This document shows, one piece after another, positions 13,855 to 24,933 of a DNA stretch of 64,000 nt; the stretch's first letter is position 1, and each line of letters begins with the position of its first letter. The notes beneath the pieces were generated by a model. It saw only the letters and a program-made list of their open reading frames with translations. It was not told the origin of the DNA and made no database searches. Position numbers and translations under genes: made by a program. Source of the stretch: an uncultured beta proteobacterium (GTDB lineage: Bacteria > Pseudomonadota > Gammaproteobacteria > Burkholderiales > Casimicrobiaceae); the NCBI GenBank assembly GCA_963755065.1, contig CAVWIM010000018.1, positions 242,278 through 306,277 of the forward strand. Direction: 5' to 3'.

Positions 13855-14913
13855 GTGCCCGCCTCGGTTCCCATCCTCGCATCGTCATCCCATCCCGCAG
13901 CACCGTCGCACGTTCCGCTCACTGCCGTCATGCGTGGCGGCGCGGTCGAGAGCGTGCACATGGGCTCGGTGGCGGTCGTCGACCGGCAGGGCCGCGTTCT
14001 TTACTCCGCCGGCGACGCGGCGACCATGACCTTCACGCGCAGCGCGCTCAAGCCGCTGCAAGCCCTGCCGTTCGTTGCCGGCGGGGGCGTCGAGCGCTTC
14101 GGCTACACGCAGCAGCAGGTTGCATTGCTGTGCGCCAGTCACACGGGTGAGCCGCGCCATGTCGACGCCGTCGCGGACATGCTCGCCCGCGCCGGCAATA
14201 CCGAGGGCGACCTGCAGTGCGGCACCCATGCGCCCACGTATTTCGACTTGCGCGGCGACGTGCCGCCGCCGCCGCCGTATTCGCCGCTGGCGCACAACTG
14301 TTCGGGCAAGCACAGCGGCATGCTGGCCTATTGCGTCCAGTGCGGCCTCACGAAGCACGACTATCTGGCCTTCGACCATCCGTTGCAGCAGGCGATCCGG
14401 CGCGCGGTGGCCACCTTCACCGAAACGCCGGAGGACCGGCTGGTGGCCGGGATCGATGGCTGCTCCGCGCCCAATTACGCGCTGCCGTTATCGCGGCTCG
14501 CGCTCGCGTTTGCCCGCCTCGCGTCGTCGGATGTCGACGCAGATTATGGTCGCGCGCCGAAGCTGCTCGCCGATGCCATGACGGCGCACCCGGAAATGGT
14601 TTCGGGCGAGCACCGCAACGACCTTGCGCTCTCCCGCGCAGGACGGGGCGACTGGGTGCCCAAAGTGGGCGCGGAGGGGGTACAAGCCATCGGCATCCGC
14701 AGCCGCGGCTGGGGAATTGCCATCAAGGTGGCGGATGGGAATGCGCGCGGCTTGCACCCGGCGACCGTCGCCGTCCTGGATCAGCTGGGCCTCGTGGACG
14801 ATTTCGCGGCCGGAGTGCTGTCTGCCTGGGGCCATCCGCTGGTCAGGAATTACCGGGGCATCACCACCGGAGACATCCGGGCGGCGGTTGTCTTGGACAA
14901 ACTCTCGGCATGA
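13855..14913 (+). CDS. L-asparaginase, Rhizobium etli AnsA type (asparaginase II family)
   Basis: RSALKPLQA, NCSGKH, DGCSAP, KVGAEG motifs; start codon uncertain. Confidence 0.85.
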   Translation: MPASVPILASSSHPAAPSHVPLTAVMRGGAVESVHMGSVAVVDRQGRVLYSAGDAATMTFTRSALKPLQALPFVAGGGVERFGYTQQQVALLCASHTGEPRHVDAVADMLARAGNTEGDLQCGTHAPTYFDLRGDVPPPPPYSPLAHNCSGKHSGMLAYCVQCGLTKHDYLAFDHPLQQAIRRAVATFTETPEDRLVAGIDGCSAPNYALPLSRLALAFARLASSDVDADYGRAPKLLADAMTAHPEMVSGEHRNDLALSRAGRGDWVPKVGAEGVQAIGIRSRGWGIAIKVADGNARGLHPATVAVLDQLGLVDDFAAGVLSAWGHPLVRNYRGITTGDIRAAVVLDKLSA

Positions 14914-14944
14914 AGCGGTCCAGGGAATAACCATGGCAGTCAAT

Positions 14945-14971
14945 GAACTAAACCCCCCTCCGGCAGTCTGT
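14945..14971 (+). promoter_or_regulatory. Putative sigma-E (RpoE/AlgU) autoregulatory promoter
   Basis: GAACTA-N16-TCTGT, close to the GAACTT-N16/17-TCtgA consensus, ~120 bp upstream of rpoE. Confidence 0.7.
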
Positions 14972-15088
14972 TACGCCAAGCGTGCACTGCGCCTTTGCCC
15001 GGGCGACTCGCGCCGGAAGGCCACGGCTTCCGGCTGCCGTACCCGCAACCCGCGGGATAACAAACAATGAATCAGGGACGACCCGTCA

Positions 15089-15688
15089 GTGGGTGACCGC
15101 GAAGTCGACCAGCAGCTCGTGGAGCGGGCGCAACGAGGCGACAAGCGCGCGTTCGAGCTGCTGGTCATGAAATACCAGCGCAAGCTGGCGCGGCTCCTGT
15201 CGCGGCTTGTGCGCGACCCGGCCGAGGTCGAGGACGTGGCGCAGGAGGCCTTCATCAAGGCCTATCGCGCCCTCCCGAGCTTCCGGGGCGACAGTGCGTT
15301 CTACACGTGGCTGTATCGCATCGCGATCAACACGGCGAAGAACTACCTGGTCGCGCTGGGCCGGCGGGCGCCGACGTCCACCTCCTTCGACAACGAGGAG
15401 GCGGAAGGCTTTGAGGATGCGGAACAGTTGCGCGACAGCGCGACGCCGGAAGACGAGTTGATCGGCAAGCAGATTGCGGCGACGGTGAACCGCGCGATGG
15501 ATGCACTGCCCGAGGACCTGCGCACGGCGATCACGCTGCGCGAGATCGAGGGCTTGAGTTACGAGGAAATTGCCAGCGTGATGAATTGTCCGATCGGTAC
15601 CGTGCGTTCGCGGATCTTCCGCGCGCGCGAGGCGATCGCCGCCGAACTGCGTCCGCAGCTTGGCACCGATGAAACCCGGAGATGGTGA
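15089..15688 (+). CDS. rpoE: RNA polymerase sigma-E factor
   Basis: DQQLVERAQRGDKRAFELLV, SAFYTWLYRIAINTAKNYL, CPIGTVRSRIFRAREAI. Confidence 0.98.
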   Translation: MGDREVDQQLVERAQRGDKRAFELLVMKYQRKLARLLSRLVRDPAEVEDVAQEAFIKAYRALPSFRGDSAFYTWLYRIAINTAKNYLVALGRRAPTSTSFDNEEAEGFEDAEQLRDSATPEDELIGKQIAATVNRAMDALPEDLRTAITLREIEGLSYEEIASVMNCPIGTVRSRIFRAREAIAAELRPQLGTDETRRW

Positions 15689-16242
15689 TGAACGAGAATA
15701 TTTCGCGCCTGATGGATGGCGAGGTCGACCCCGCGGAATTCGAGCGCCTGTGCGCAGAAATGAAGGCGCCCGAGGCGCTGCGAACATGGGTGTGCTATCA
15801 CGTGATCGGCGACCAGCTGCGTGGCGCGCACGGCGTCGCGCCGCGCTTCGCGACGCGATTCTGCGCCGCGTTGGCCGCCGAGCCCACGGTCGTGGCGCCT
15901 CATTTGGCAACTAAGTCGGCAACTCATTTGCCGCCTCATTTGGCACAATCCGCGCATGGACGCGCAGGGCAAGTGGCGACGCTGGCCTGGGCGGTGGCGG
16001 CGACGCTCGCGGCCGTGACCGTCGTCGGCTGGACCGCGTTTTCGATGGTCGACGCCCCGCCCACCGCCATGGCCAAGGCGCGCGAGGCCACCACCGTCAG
16101 GGCGGCGCAAATCAAGCCGCCTGCGGACATTCCCGCGGACTACCTGCTCGCCCACCAGGAATATTCCCCGTCCGTGGTCATCCAGGGCGGGGTTCCCTAC
16201 CTTCGCGCCGTCGCCGTCACCGGAAGCGAGCCGCGGCCGTGA
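15682..16242 (+). CDS. rseA: Anti-sigma-E factor RseA/MucA
   Basis: ENISRLMDGE...WVCYHVIGDQLR N-domain, single TM, YLLAHQEYS; overlaps rpoE stop. Confidence 0.9.
   Translation: MVMNENISRLMDGEVDPAEFERLCAEMKAPEALRTWVCYHVIGDQLRGAHGVAPRFATRFCAALAAEPTVVAPHLATKSATHLPPHLAQSAHGRAGQVATLAWAVAATLAAVTVVGWTAFSMVDAPPTAMAKAREATTVRAAQIKPPADIPADYLLAHQEYSPSVVIQGGVPYLRAVAVTGSEPRP
15895..15942 (+). repeat. Imperfect 12-bp tandem repeat (4 units) inside rseA
   Basis: gcgcctcatttg/gcaactaagtcg/gcaactcatttg/ccgcctcatttg, encoding APHL ATKS ATHL PPHL. Confidence 0.8.
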
Positions 16243-16262
16243 GCGAGTTTTGCCGATGACCG

Positions 16263-17274
16263 TTGTCGTCCAACCGATGCCGCGCGCCGCGCGGCCCCGG
16301 AAAGTCGCTGGCCGCGCGCTCGCTTCTCATCCTGTCCGTGGGCTTCGTCGCTGACGCTCGCGGCCGATGCGTCGGCCGAGGACAGCGCGCAGTGGCTCGA
16401 ACGGGCCGCGCAAGCCGCGAGGACGCTCAACTATGCCGGCACCATCGTGTACCAGCACAACGGTCACGTCGAGACGTCGCGGCTGGTCCACGTGCTCGAC
16501 GGCGGGCAGGAGCAGGAAAAACTGGTGAGCCTGGATGGGCCCGCGCGCGAAGTGATTCGCAGCGGCGGCGAAGTACGCTGTTATTTTCCCGACGCCAAGA
16601 TCATCCGGATCGAGCCACGGACTTTTCGCAATGTGTTTCCCGGCGCTCTCGCCGGAGCAGCAGCGCAACCTGGCGCAGTACTACGACGCGCGCATGGTCG
16701 GTCAGCGAGCGCGTGGCGGGGCGCTGGACGCAGGTGATGGTCGTTCGAGCCCAAGGACGGCCTCCGCTATGGCCACAAGTTCTGGGCCGATGCGAACACG
16801 GGCCTTCTGCTCAAGGCGCGCCTGGTCGACGACCACGGCGAGGTCGTCGAGCAATTTGCGTTCACCGACGTGGCCGTCAACGACAAGATCGACCGCGAGA
16901 TGGTCAAGCCGTCGTGGGCGGCAGCGCCGCCGGATTGGCAGGTGCAAGCAGGGCTCGTTCGGCGAGATGTCGCCCCATGAAACGGGCTGGTCCGTCGGCA
17001 AGGTGCCCGGCGGATTCCAGAAGATCATGGAAGGCTATCGCACGCTGCGCGGCAAGCGCGAACCGGTCGTGCATCTCGTCTATTCCGACGGCCTGGTGGC
17101 GGTCAGCGTATTCGTCGAGCCGCTTGCCCCGGCGCCGCTGCAGACCGGCGGTGTCGCAGCAGGGCGGCCTCAATGTCTACATCGACCAAGAGCGATGACT
17201 ACCTGGTCACCGTGCTGGGCGAAGCCCCGCCCGCGACGGTGCGCCAGATCGCCCAGTCCGTCGCCAGGCGCTGA
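16263..17274 (+). CDS. rseB: RseB/MucB periplasmic regulator, frameshifted
   Basis: LNYAGTIVYQ, EKLVSLDGPAREVIR, HLVYSDGLVAVSVFVEP, VTVLGEAP; start uncertain. Confidence 0.9.
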
Positions 17275-17317
17275 TGCGCGGGCACGCCTCCCGCGCAAAT
17301 ACACAATGAACGCCGGC

Positions 17318-17353
17318 CAATTTCCTGTCAATTTTCGTGCTCATTTTCGTGCA
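17318..17353 (+). repeat. Imperfect 12-bp tandem repeat (3 units) upstream of degP
   Basis: caatttcctgtc/aattttcgtgct/cattttcgtgca. Confidence 0.7.
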
Positions 17354-17377
17354 CCGAGTCAAGTGAAAAGGAATTCC

Positions 17378-18831
17378 ATGTTGAAGCGTATCTGTTCCGT
17401 GCGGGCGCCGCCGCATTGGCGACTTCGTTGCCATCGTTCGCGGCATCGCCGGCCGCCGCTTGCCCAGGGCAAGGCGGGGCTGCTGCCCGATTTCACGGAA
17501 CTCTACGAAAGGAACGGTCCCGCGGTCGTGTCGATCGACGTCACGCAAAAGGCCAGGCGCGTCCGCGGCATGCCGGAACTGTCCGAGGACGATCCGTTCT
17601 ACGAATTCTTCCGCCGCTTCGGCCAGGTGCCGCCGGGTCCGCGCGGCCAGCAGCGTGAACCGGAGGCGCAATCGGTCGGCTCGGGCTTCATCATCGGCGC
17701 CGACGGCTACGTCATCACCAACGCGCACGTGGTCGACGGCGCCGACGAAGTCACGGTCCGCTTGAGCGACAAGCGCGAATTCAAGGCCAAGGTCATCGGC
17801 GCCGACAAGCGCACCGACATCGCGCTGCTGCGGATCGAAGCCAAGGACCTGCCGAAGGTCACGATCGGCGATCCGGACAAGTTGCGGGTCGGCGAATGGG
17901 TCGTCGCGATCGGCAAGCCGTTCGGCCTCGAGAACACGATGACGGCGGGCATCGTCAGCGCCAAGGGCCGCGACCTGCCGCAGGAGAACCTGGTTCCGTT
18001 CATCCAGACCGACGTGGCCATCAATCCCGGGCAATTCCGGCGGCCCGCTCTTCAACATGCGCGGCGAGGTCGTCGGCATCAATTCGCTGATCTATTCGCG
18101 CACCGGCGGCTACATGGGCCTCGCCTTCGCCATCCCGATCGACGTCGCGATGAACACGGTGAACCAGCTGAAGGAAAAGGGCCGCGTCACGCGCGGCCGC
18201 ATCGGCGTGCAGATCCAGCCGGTGACCAAGGAAGACGCCGAATCCTTCGGCCTGGGCGCGCCGCGCGGCGCGCTGGTCAACGGCGTCGAGAAGGACGCGC
18301 CGGCGGCCAAGGCAGGCATCGAGATCGGCGACATCATCATCAAGGTCGACGGCCGCGACGTGAAGACGTCGAACGAACTGCCGCGGATCATCAGCGCCGT
18401 CAGCCCGGGCACGAAGATCAACCTCACCATCTGGCGCAAGGGTGCGCAGAGGGACATCGCCGTCACCGTCGCGGAGATGAAGGAAGAGGTCGCGGTCGTT
18501 CCCGGGCGCGGCGTCCAGCCGCCGAAGGAGAAAGGGCAAGCCCAACCGGATGGGCCTCGTGCTGTCGGACCTGACCGATGAGCAGAAGAAGGAGGCCGAC
18601 GTCAAGAACGGCGTGCTGGTCGAGGACGTGCGCCCAACGTGCGCGGCAACGTGCAGCCCGGCGACGTGATCCTCGCCATCATCAACCGCGGCCAGTCGAC
18701 GGACGCGCGAAGCGCGGCGCAGGTGAACGACGTGATCGCGAAGCTGGACAAGGGTGCCTCGGTCACGCTGCAATTGAAGCGCGGCGAACAGCAGTTCTTC
18801 TCGGCGCTGCGCGTCGACGAGCAGCGAGTAG
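17378..18831 (+). CDS. DegP/MucD family serine endoprotease with two PDZ domains, frameshifted
   Basis: LPDFTEL, GSGFII, TNAHVV, TDIALL, IQTDVAINPGNSGGPL (across indel), PDZ GDII motifs. Confidence 0.93.
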
Positions 18832-18863
18832 CTGGATGGGTACGCCGGCGCACGCAGGAAGGC

Positions 18864-19128
18864 GTGCGGCTGATCCCGCAGTTGACACTTCTCACGCGCG
18901 CGTATTGCCACCTGTGCGACGCGATGCGCGATGCGCTCGCGCCGCTTGCCCGCCAAGTACGGTGCGACGGTCGCGGAATTCGACGTCGATGCGCATCCGG
19001 CGCTGGAGGCGGCGTATGGCGACCTCGTTCCCGTCCTGCTGCGCGGCGGCGTTGACATGGTGCCGTGCTTTGCCACTACCATCTTGATCGCGAGGCGGTC
19101 GATACTCCGCGGCTGCGAGGGGCGCTAA
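18864..19128 (+). CDS. Glutaredoxin-like protein (DUF836), frameshifted
   Basis: [13 protein letters not shown] Cxx[27 protein letters not shown]; usual position before lepA. Confidence 0.8.
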
Positions 19129-19143
19129 ATTCCGCTGTATTCG

Positions 19144-19171
19144 TGGACGGAAGGGGTTTTTCCGATATAAT
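19144..19171 (+). promoter_or_regulatory. Putative sigma-70 promoter of lepA operon
   Basis: TGGACG-N16-TATAAT ~90 bp upstream of lepA. Confidence 0.5.
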
Positions 19172-19259
19172 TCAAGACTTTCCGATGTCTTCCTGCCGGC
19201 GGGCTACCTTTGCGGTGCCCCTTGCGGTGTCCTGCCAGGGCTTGGCTCCTGGAATCCGC

Positions 19260-21059
19260 GTGCGCCAGAATCCGCAACTTTTCGATCATCGCCCACATCG
19301 ACCACGGGAAGTCGACGCTCGCCGACCGCTTCATCCAGCGCTGCGGCGGCCTGACCGACCGGGAGATGAGCGAGCAGGTCCTGGATTCGATGGAGCTGGA
19401 GCGCGAGCGCGGCATCACGATCAAGGCGCAGACCGCGGCATTGACGTATCAGGCGCGCGACGGGCAGACCTACCACCTCAACCTGATCGACACGCCGGGG
19501 CACGTCGACTTCGCGTACGAGGTCTCGCGTTCGCTCGCGGCCTGCGAAGGGGCGTTGCTGGTCGTCGATGCGTCGCAGGGCGTGGAAGCGCAGACCGTCG
19601 CCAACTGCTATACCGCGGTGGAGCAGGGCGTCACCGTGGTTCCGGTTCTGAACAAGATCGATCTGCCCTCCGCCGAACCCGAGCGTGTCATCGACGAGAT
19701 CGAGGACATCATCGGCATCGACGCCACCGACGCGGTGCGCGCGAGCGCCAAGAACGGCATCGGCATCGACGACATCCTCGAAGCGGTCATCGAGAAGGTG
19801 CCGCCTCCCACCGGCGATCCCGCCGCGCCGCTGCAGGCGTTGATCATCGACTCGTGGTTCGACAACTACGTCGGCGTGGTCATGCTGGTGCGGGTGATGC
19901 AGGGTACCTTGAAGCCCCGGGACAAGCTGCTGTTCATGGCAGGCGGGGCCGCGCACAACTGCGAGCAGGTGGGCGTCTTCACGCCGAAATCGGTGGCGCG
20001 CGACCAACTGTCCGCCGGCGAGGTCGGATTCATCGTCGCCGGCATCAGGGAATTGAGGCCGCGAAGGTCGGCGACACCGTGACATTGGCCAACCGCCCCG
20101 CGTCCGCCGCGCTGCCGGGATTCAAGGAAGTGAAGCCGCAGGTCTTCGCCGGACTCTACCCGGTCGAATCCAACCAGTACGAGGCATTGCGCGACGCGCT
20201 CGACAAGCTCAAGTTGAACGACGCCTCGCTGCATTACGAGCCGGAAGTCTCGCAGGCGCTCGGCTTCGGCTTCCGCTGCGGCTTCCTGGGCCTCCTGCAC
20301 ATGGACATCGTGCAGGAGCGCCTCGAGCGCGAGTACGACATGAACCTCATCACGACTGCGCCGACGGTCGTCTACCAGGTGCTGATGCGCGACGGCACGG
20401 TGCTGGAAATCGAGAATCCCTCGAAGCTGCCGGACTTGTCGCGCGTCGAGGAGATTCGCGAGCCGATCATCACCGCGACGATCCTGATGCCCCAGGAATA
20501 CGTCGGCCCGGTGCTGACGCTGTGCACGGAAAAGCGCGGAACGCAGAAGAACATGCAATACCTCGGGCGGCAGGTCATGCTCACTTACGAGCTGCCGATG
20601 GCCGAGGTCGTGATGGACTTCTTCGACAAGCTGAAATCGGTGTCGCGCGGCTACGCGTCGCTCGACTACGAATTCCGCGAATTCCGCGCGGCAGACGTCG
20701 TGAAGCTCGACATCCTGATCAACGGCGAGCGCGTGGACGCGCTGTCCGTGATGGTGCACCGCTCGGTCGCGACCTACCGTGGGCGCGAGGTCGCGTCCAA
20801 GATGCGTTCGCTGATCCCGCGGCAGATGTTCGACGTCGCGGTGCAGGCGTCGATCGGCGCCAACATCATCGCCCGCGAGACAATCAAGGCGATGCGCAAG
20901 AACGTCCTCGCCAAGTGCTACGGGGGCGACATCACGCGCAAGAAGAAGCTGCTCGAGAAGCAGAAAGCGGGCAAGAAGCGGATGAAGGCCGTGGGAAGCG
21001 TCGAAATCCCGCAGGAGGCGTTTCTCGCGATCCTCCAGGTGGGCGGACAAAATAGATGA
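19260..21059 (+). CDS. lepA: Elongation factor 4, frameshifted
   Basis: [57 protein letters not shown]. Confidence 0.98.
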   Translation: MRQNPQLFDHRPHRPREVDARRPLHPALRRPDRPGDERAGPGFDGAGARARHHDQGADRGIDVSGARRADLPPQPDRHAGARRLRVRGLAFARGLRRGVAGRRCVAGRGSADRRQLLYRGGAGRHRGSGSEQDRSALRRTRACHRRDRGHHRHRRHRRGARERQERHRHRRHPRSGHREGAASHRRSRRAAAGVDHRLVVRQLRRRGHAGAGDAGYLEAPGQAAVHGRRGRAQLRAGGRLHAEIGGARPTVRRRGRIHRRRHQGIEAAKVGDTVTLANRPASAALPGFKEVKPQVFAGLYPVESNQYEALRDALDKLKLNDASLHYEPEVSQALGFGFRCGFLGLLHMDIVQERLEREYDMNLITTAPTVVYQVLMRDGTVLEIENPSKLPDLSRVEEIREPIITATILMPQEYVGPVLTLCTEKRGTQKNMQYLGRQVMLTYELPMAEVVMDFFDKLKSVSRGYASLDYEFREFRAADVVKLDILINGERVDALSVMVHRSVATYRGREVASKMRSLIPRQMFDVAVQASIGANIIARETIKAMRKNVLAKCYGGDITRKKKLLEKQKAGKKRMKAVGSVEIPQEAFLAILQVGGQNR

Positions 21060-21167
21060 CGAATCGCCGGAATGAAGGGCCGGATGGCGGCCCCCGCGCG
21101 CCCGTCCCGTGCCACAATCCGCCGGCCGCGTAGGGGCCATGCATCGACACTTCCATCCGACATCACT

Positions 21168-22098
21168 ATGAATTTCGCGCTGATCCTGTTTCTCCTGACG
21201 CTCGCCACCGGCGTGCTATGGCTGCTCGACGTCGGCATTTTCAGGAAGCGGAGGCAGGCCGTTCTCGCCGCCGAGTTCGGCGGCGTTCGACAAGAAAAAC
21301 CAAGTACTGCTGGCCACCAATGAAGGCGCGGTCCTGGCCGAAAGGGCCCAATTAGAAGAGCGGCTGCTGCGCCAGCCCGCGTGGGTCGAGTACGCGGCGA
21401 GTTTCTTCCCCGTGCTTCTCGTGGTGTTCCTGCTGCGATCGTTCGTAGCGGAGCCCTTCAAGATCCCGTCGTCGTCGATGCGGCCCACGCTCGAGGTCGG
21501 CGACTTCATCCTGGTCAACAAATTCGTCTACGGCCTTCGCCTGCCGATCATCGAAAGCAAGATCGTGCCCATGTCCGATCCGAAACGCGGCGACGTCGTC
21601 GTATTCCGGTATCCGCTGAACCCGTCGCAGGATTTCATCAAGCGCGTGATCGGCGTCGGCGGCGATGTCGTTACCTACCAGGACAAGAAACTCGAGGTGA
21701 ACGGCCACCCGCTGTCGCAGGTTCCCGATGGCACGTACAGCTACCTCGAGAACATGCGCTTCGAAACCCTGGATCGGATGCTCGTGACCCCGAACGCCGG
21801 AGAAGGGCCGCATTCGTACGCGATCGGACTCAATCCGCGTGCGCCCCCGGTCAATCCGCAGGCCGTCAGGCCGTTTCCGGGACGCGAAAATTGCGACTAC
21901 AATGAGCGCGGTTTTACCTGCAAGGTGCCTGCCGGCCACTACCTCATGATGGGTGACAACCGCGACAACAGCGACGACAGCCGTTATTGGGGGTTCGTCC
22001 CCGATGACCACATTCGCGGAAAAGCCTTCTTCATCTGGTGGAACTGGGATGACCTTTCGAGCCTCGCGTTCAAACGCGTGGGCAGCGGGATACGCTGA
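21168..22098 (+). CDS. lepB: Signal peptidase I, frameshifted
   Basis: EPFKIPSSSMRPTL, DFIKRVIG, MMGDNRDNSDDSRYWG. Confidence 0.96.
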
Positions 22099-22123
22099 TG
22101 GGAGTGATGAATTGAACAAGTAC

Positions 22124-22483
22124 ATGACGATGCCGGCGCGCCAGCGCGGCCTGTCGATGATGGGATTCATTTTTGTGGCCGCCGTCGTTCTCGTCTCGGC
22201 TCTCGTCGCCTTTCGGGTGATCCCCGCCTACATCGAATATTTTTCTGTACAAAAGGCGCTGCAGGGTGCGCTCAACGACTCCACCGAGTTGACGCGGGCC
22301 GATATTCGCCGCCGCGTCGAACGCCGCATCGGCGCCGAATACATCGACTCCGTGAATGCAACTGACGTCGAAGTCACCAAGAGCAACAACGTGACCACGG
22401 CGTCAGTCAGCTGGGAAAACAAGCTGCACCTGGTGGGCAACATCAGCTTGTTGCTGGAGTTCGACGCTTCCGCATCGCGGTAG
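22124..22483 (+). CDS. DUF4845 family membrane protein
   Basis: RQRGLSMMGFI N-terminus, TM, PAYIEY, GNISLLLEF; conserved position between lepB and rnc. Confidence 0.85.
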   Translation: MTMPARQRGLSMMGFIFVAAVVLVSALVAFRVIPAYIEYFSVQKALQGALNDSTELTRADIRRRVERRIGAEYIDSVNATDVEVTKSNNVTTASVSWENKLHLVGNISLLLEFDASASR

Positions 22484-22502
22484 GCAGATCCTACGCTCCC
22501 GG

Positions 22503-23207
22503 ATGGCCGAACCGCCGCGCTTGAATCCCGGGCTCCTGGGACATGCATTCCGCCGGCCGGAACTGCTGCGCCAGGCGCTGACGCACCGCAGTTTCGGCAC
22601 ACCTCACAACGAACGCCTGGAATTCGTCGGCGACGCGGTCCTCAACTGCGTCGTGGGCGCTACGCTGTACGAGCGCTTTCCCGCCTTGCCCGAGGGCGAC
22701 CTGTCGCGTGTGCGGGCGGGACTCGTCAACCGCGACACGCTGGCGCGCGTTGCTCGGCGGCTCGGCCTCGGCGAGCAGATTCGCCTGGGGGAGGGCGAGA
22801 TGAAGAGCGGAGGAGCTGCGCGCGCCTCGATCCTCGCCGACGCGCTCGAGGCGTTGTTCGGCGCGGTGTTTCTCGATGGCGGATTCGACGCCGCACGCGA
22901 CGCGATCGTCGAAATTTATGCGGACGTGCTCCGCGACGCCAACCCCGAGGCGCTCCCCAAGGATCCGAAGACGCGCCTGCAGGAGTGGCTGCAGGCGCGC
23001 CGCTGGCCGGTCCCGGAGTATGCCGTCACGGTGACCAGCGGAGAGCCCCATGAGCAGCGGTTCGTCGTGGAGTGCCGGATTCCCGGTTTGGCGATCCAGG
23101 CGCTGGGCGAGGGCTCCAGTCGGCGCGCGGCGGAGCAGGCGGCGGCCGAGGCGGCCAGCGAGCTGGCCGTTGCCGCGGAGCGCGCGGGAGCAGGACGTGG
23201 CAAGTAA
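22503..23207 (+). CDS. rnc: Ribonuclease III
   Basis: ALTHRS, NERLEFVGD signature, KDPKTRLQEWLQ dsRBD. Confidence 0.98.
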   Translation: MAEPPRLNPGLLGHAFRRPELLRQALTHRSFGTPHNERLEFVGDAVLNCVVGATLYERFPALPEGDLSRVRAGLVNRDTLARVARRLGLGEQIRLGEGEMKSGGAARASILADALEALFGAVFLDGGFDAARDAIVEIYADVLRDANPEALPKDPKTRLQEWLQARRWPVPEYAVTVTSGEPHEQRFVVECRIPGLAIQALGEGSSRRAAEQAAAEAASELAVAAERAGAGRGK

Positions 23208-23268
23208 GATGGCCAATAAGGTGGCCAATGAAGTGGTCGATAGCGTGGCTCGTGAGGTGGGGAACGCG
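23197..23268 (+). repeat. Imperfect 12-bp tandem repeat (6 units) at rnc/era junction
   Basis: gtggcaagtaag/atggccaataag/gtggccaatgaa/gtggtcgatagc/gtggctcgtgag/gtggggaacgcg. Confidence 0.85.
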
Positions 23269-24144
23269 TCCTTTCGCTGTGGACACATAGCCATCATCGG
23301 GCGGCCGAGCGTGGGCAAGTCTACGCTGCTTAATGCGCTGGTCGGGCACAAGATCAGCATCACGTCGAAGAAGCCCCAGACCACTCGCTACCGGATCACC
23401 GGCATCGCGACGGACGAGCGCGCGCAATTCGTGTTCGTCGACACGCCCGGCTTCCAGACCAAGCATCGCTCGCGCCTGAACGAGCGGCTGAACAACGCGG
23501 TCCGCGAAGGCCTCACCGACGTCGACGCGGTGGTCCTGGTCCTCGACGCGACCCGGATTACGTCCGCAGACCGGGCCGTGGTGGAGCTTCTGCCCCAGGG
23601 CGTGCCGGTCATCGCGGCCGTGAACAAGGTCGATACCCTGGCCGACAAGGCGGCCTTCATGGCCCGTCTCACGGAAATCGCGAAGCTGTATTCGTTCGCG
23701 GCGATCGTGCCGGTATCGGCCGAAAAGGGCACGCAGCTCCCAGCGCTCAAAACCGAGATCGCGGCGGCGCTGCCGGTATCGGACCGGCTGTATCCGGAAG
23801 AGGACCTGACCGACCGCGACGAGCGCTTCCTTGCCGGCGAATTCATTCGGGAGAAGATATTCCGGCTGCTCGGCGACGAAGTGCCCTATGCGACGACGGT
23901 GGCCATCGACAAGTTCGAAATGGACGGCGCACTGCGGCGCATCCACGCCACCGTCTATGTGGACAAGCCGGGCCAGCGCGCGATCTTGCTGGGCGAGGGC
24001 GGATCGCAGATGAAGGCCATCGCCACCCACGCACGCTCGGACATGGAGAAGCTCTTCGGCGGCCAAGTGTTCCTCGAGATCTGGGTGCGCGTGAAAAGCG
24101 GCTGGGCGGACACCGACGCGTCACTCGCGCGATTCGGGTATTAG
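23197..24144 (+). CDS. era: GTPase Era (start ambiguous because of N-terminal repeat)
   Basis: GRPSVGKST, DTPG, NKVD, VSA, KH domain LLGEGG. Confidence 0.97.
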   Translation: MASKMANKVANEVVDSVAREVGNASFRCGHIAIIGRPSVGKSTLLNALVGHKISITSKKPQTTRYRITGIATDERAQFVFVDTPGFQTKHRSRLNERLNNAVREGLTDVDAVVLVLDATRITSADRAVVELLPQGVPVIAAVNKVDTLADKAAFMARLTEIAKLYSFAAIVPVSAEKGTQLPALKTEIAAALPVSDRLYPEEDLTDRDERFLAGEFIREKIFRLLGDEVPYATTVAIDKFEMDGALRRIHATVYVDKPGQRAILLGEGGSQMKAIATHARSDMEKLFGGQVFLEIWVRVKSGWADTDASLARFGY

Positions 24145-24156
24145 CGGCTCGCCGCC

Positions 24157-24933
24157 ATGGCCACGCGCCAACCTGCTGAACGGCGCGACGCCCAGGCGGC
24201 GTTCGTGCTGCACGCCTACGCGTACCGCGAAACGAGCCTTATCGTCGAGGCGTTCACGGCGGATCACGGCCGGGTGGCGATGGTGGCGCGGGGCGCCAAG
24301 CGGCCCCGTTCGGAAACGCGCGGATTGCTGCAGGCGTTCCAGCCGCTGACGCTGTCGTGGGCGGGATCGGGCGAGCTCAAGACCTTGCTCAAGGTGGAAT
24401 GGAGCGGTGGCCTGCCGCTGCCGCGGGGCGCCGCCCTGTTGTGCGGGTTCTATCTCAACGAACTGTTGCTGAAGTTGCTCGCGCGCGAGGATCCTCACGT
24501 GCTCCTCTTTCGCGACTATCAGGACGCGCTGGCCGCGCTGGGCGAGAAGAAATCCGCTGCGGAGCAAGGCGCCGTGCTGCGGCGATTCGAGCTGCGCTTG
24601 CTAGCGGAATTGGGATACGCGCTGCTGCTGACGCACGACGCCGACACCGGCGCCGCCATCGATCCTTCCGCACGCTACTATTACGACTTCGGACGCGGAC
24701 CGCGCGCGTTGGCGGCGCGCGTGGCGCGAGAGCCGGGCGTACCCTTTCCCCACATCAAGGGCGCTACGCTGCTGGGACTGGCCGCCAACGTTTTGCCCGA
24801 TGCGGAGACGGCGGCGGAAGCCAAGCGCCTGATGCGCGAAATACTGGATCATCATCTCGAACAGCGGCGCATTTTCAGCCGGCGGGTCGTGCAGGACCTG
24901 CAGGCGATCGACGAAGAGAGCGAGCCATCGTGA
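24157..24933 (+). CDS. recO: DNA repair protein RecO
   Basis: [42 protein letters not shown]; follows era. Confidence 0.95.
   Translation: MATRQPAERRDAQAAFVLHAYAYRETSLIVEAFTADHGRVAMVARGAKRPRSETRGLLQAFQPLTLSWAGSGELKTLLKVEWSGGLPLPRGAALLCGFYLNELLLKLLAREDPHVLLFRDYQDALAALGEKKSAAEQGAVLRRFELRLLAELGYALLLTHDADTGAAIDPSARYYYDFGRGPRALAARVAREPGVPFPHIKGATLLGLAANVLPDAETAAEAKRLMREILDHHLEQRRIFSRRVVQDLQAIDEESEPS

Noticed and set aside
23197-23268. Repeats as a CRISPR array
   Set aside because: Units are 12 bp, contiguous and spacer-less, and no cas genes are present.
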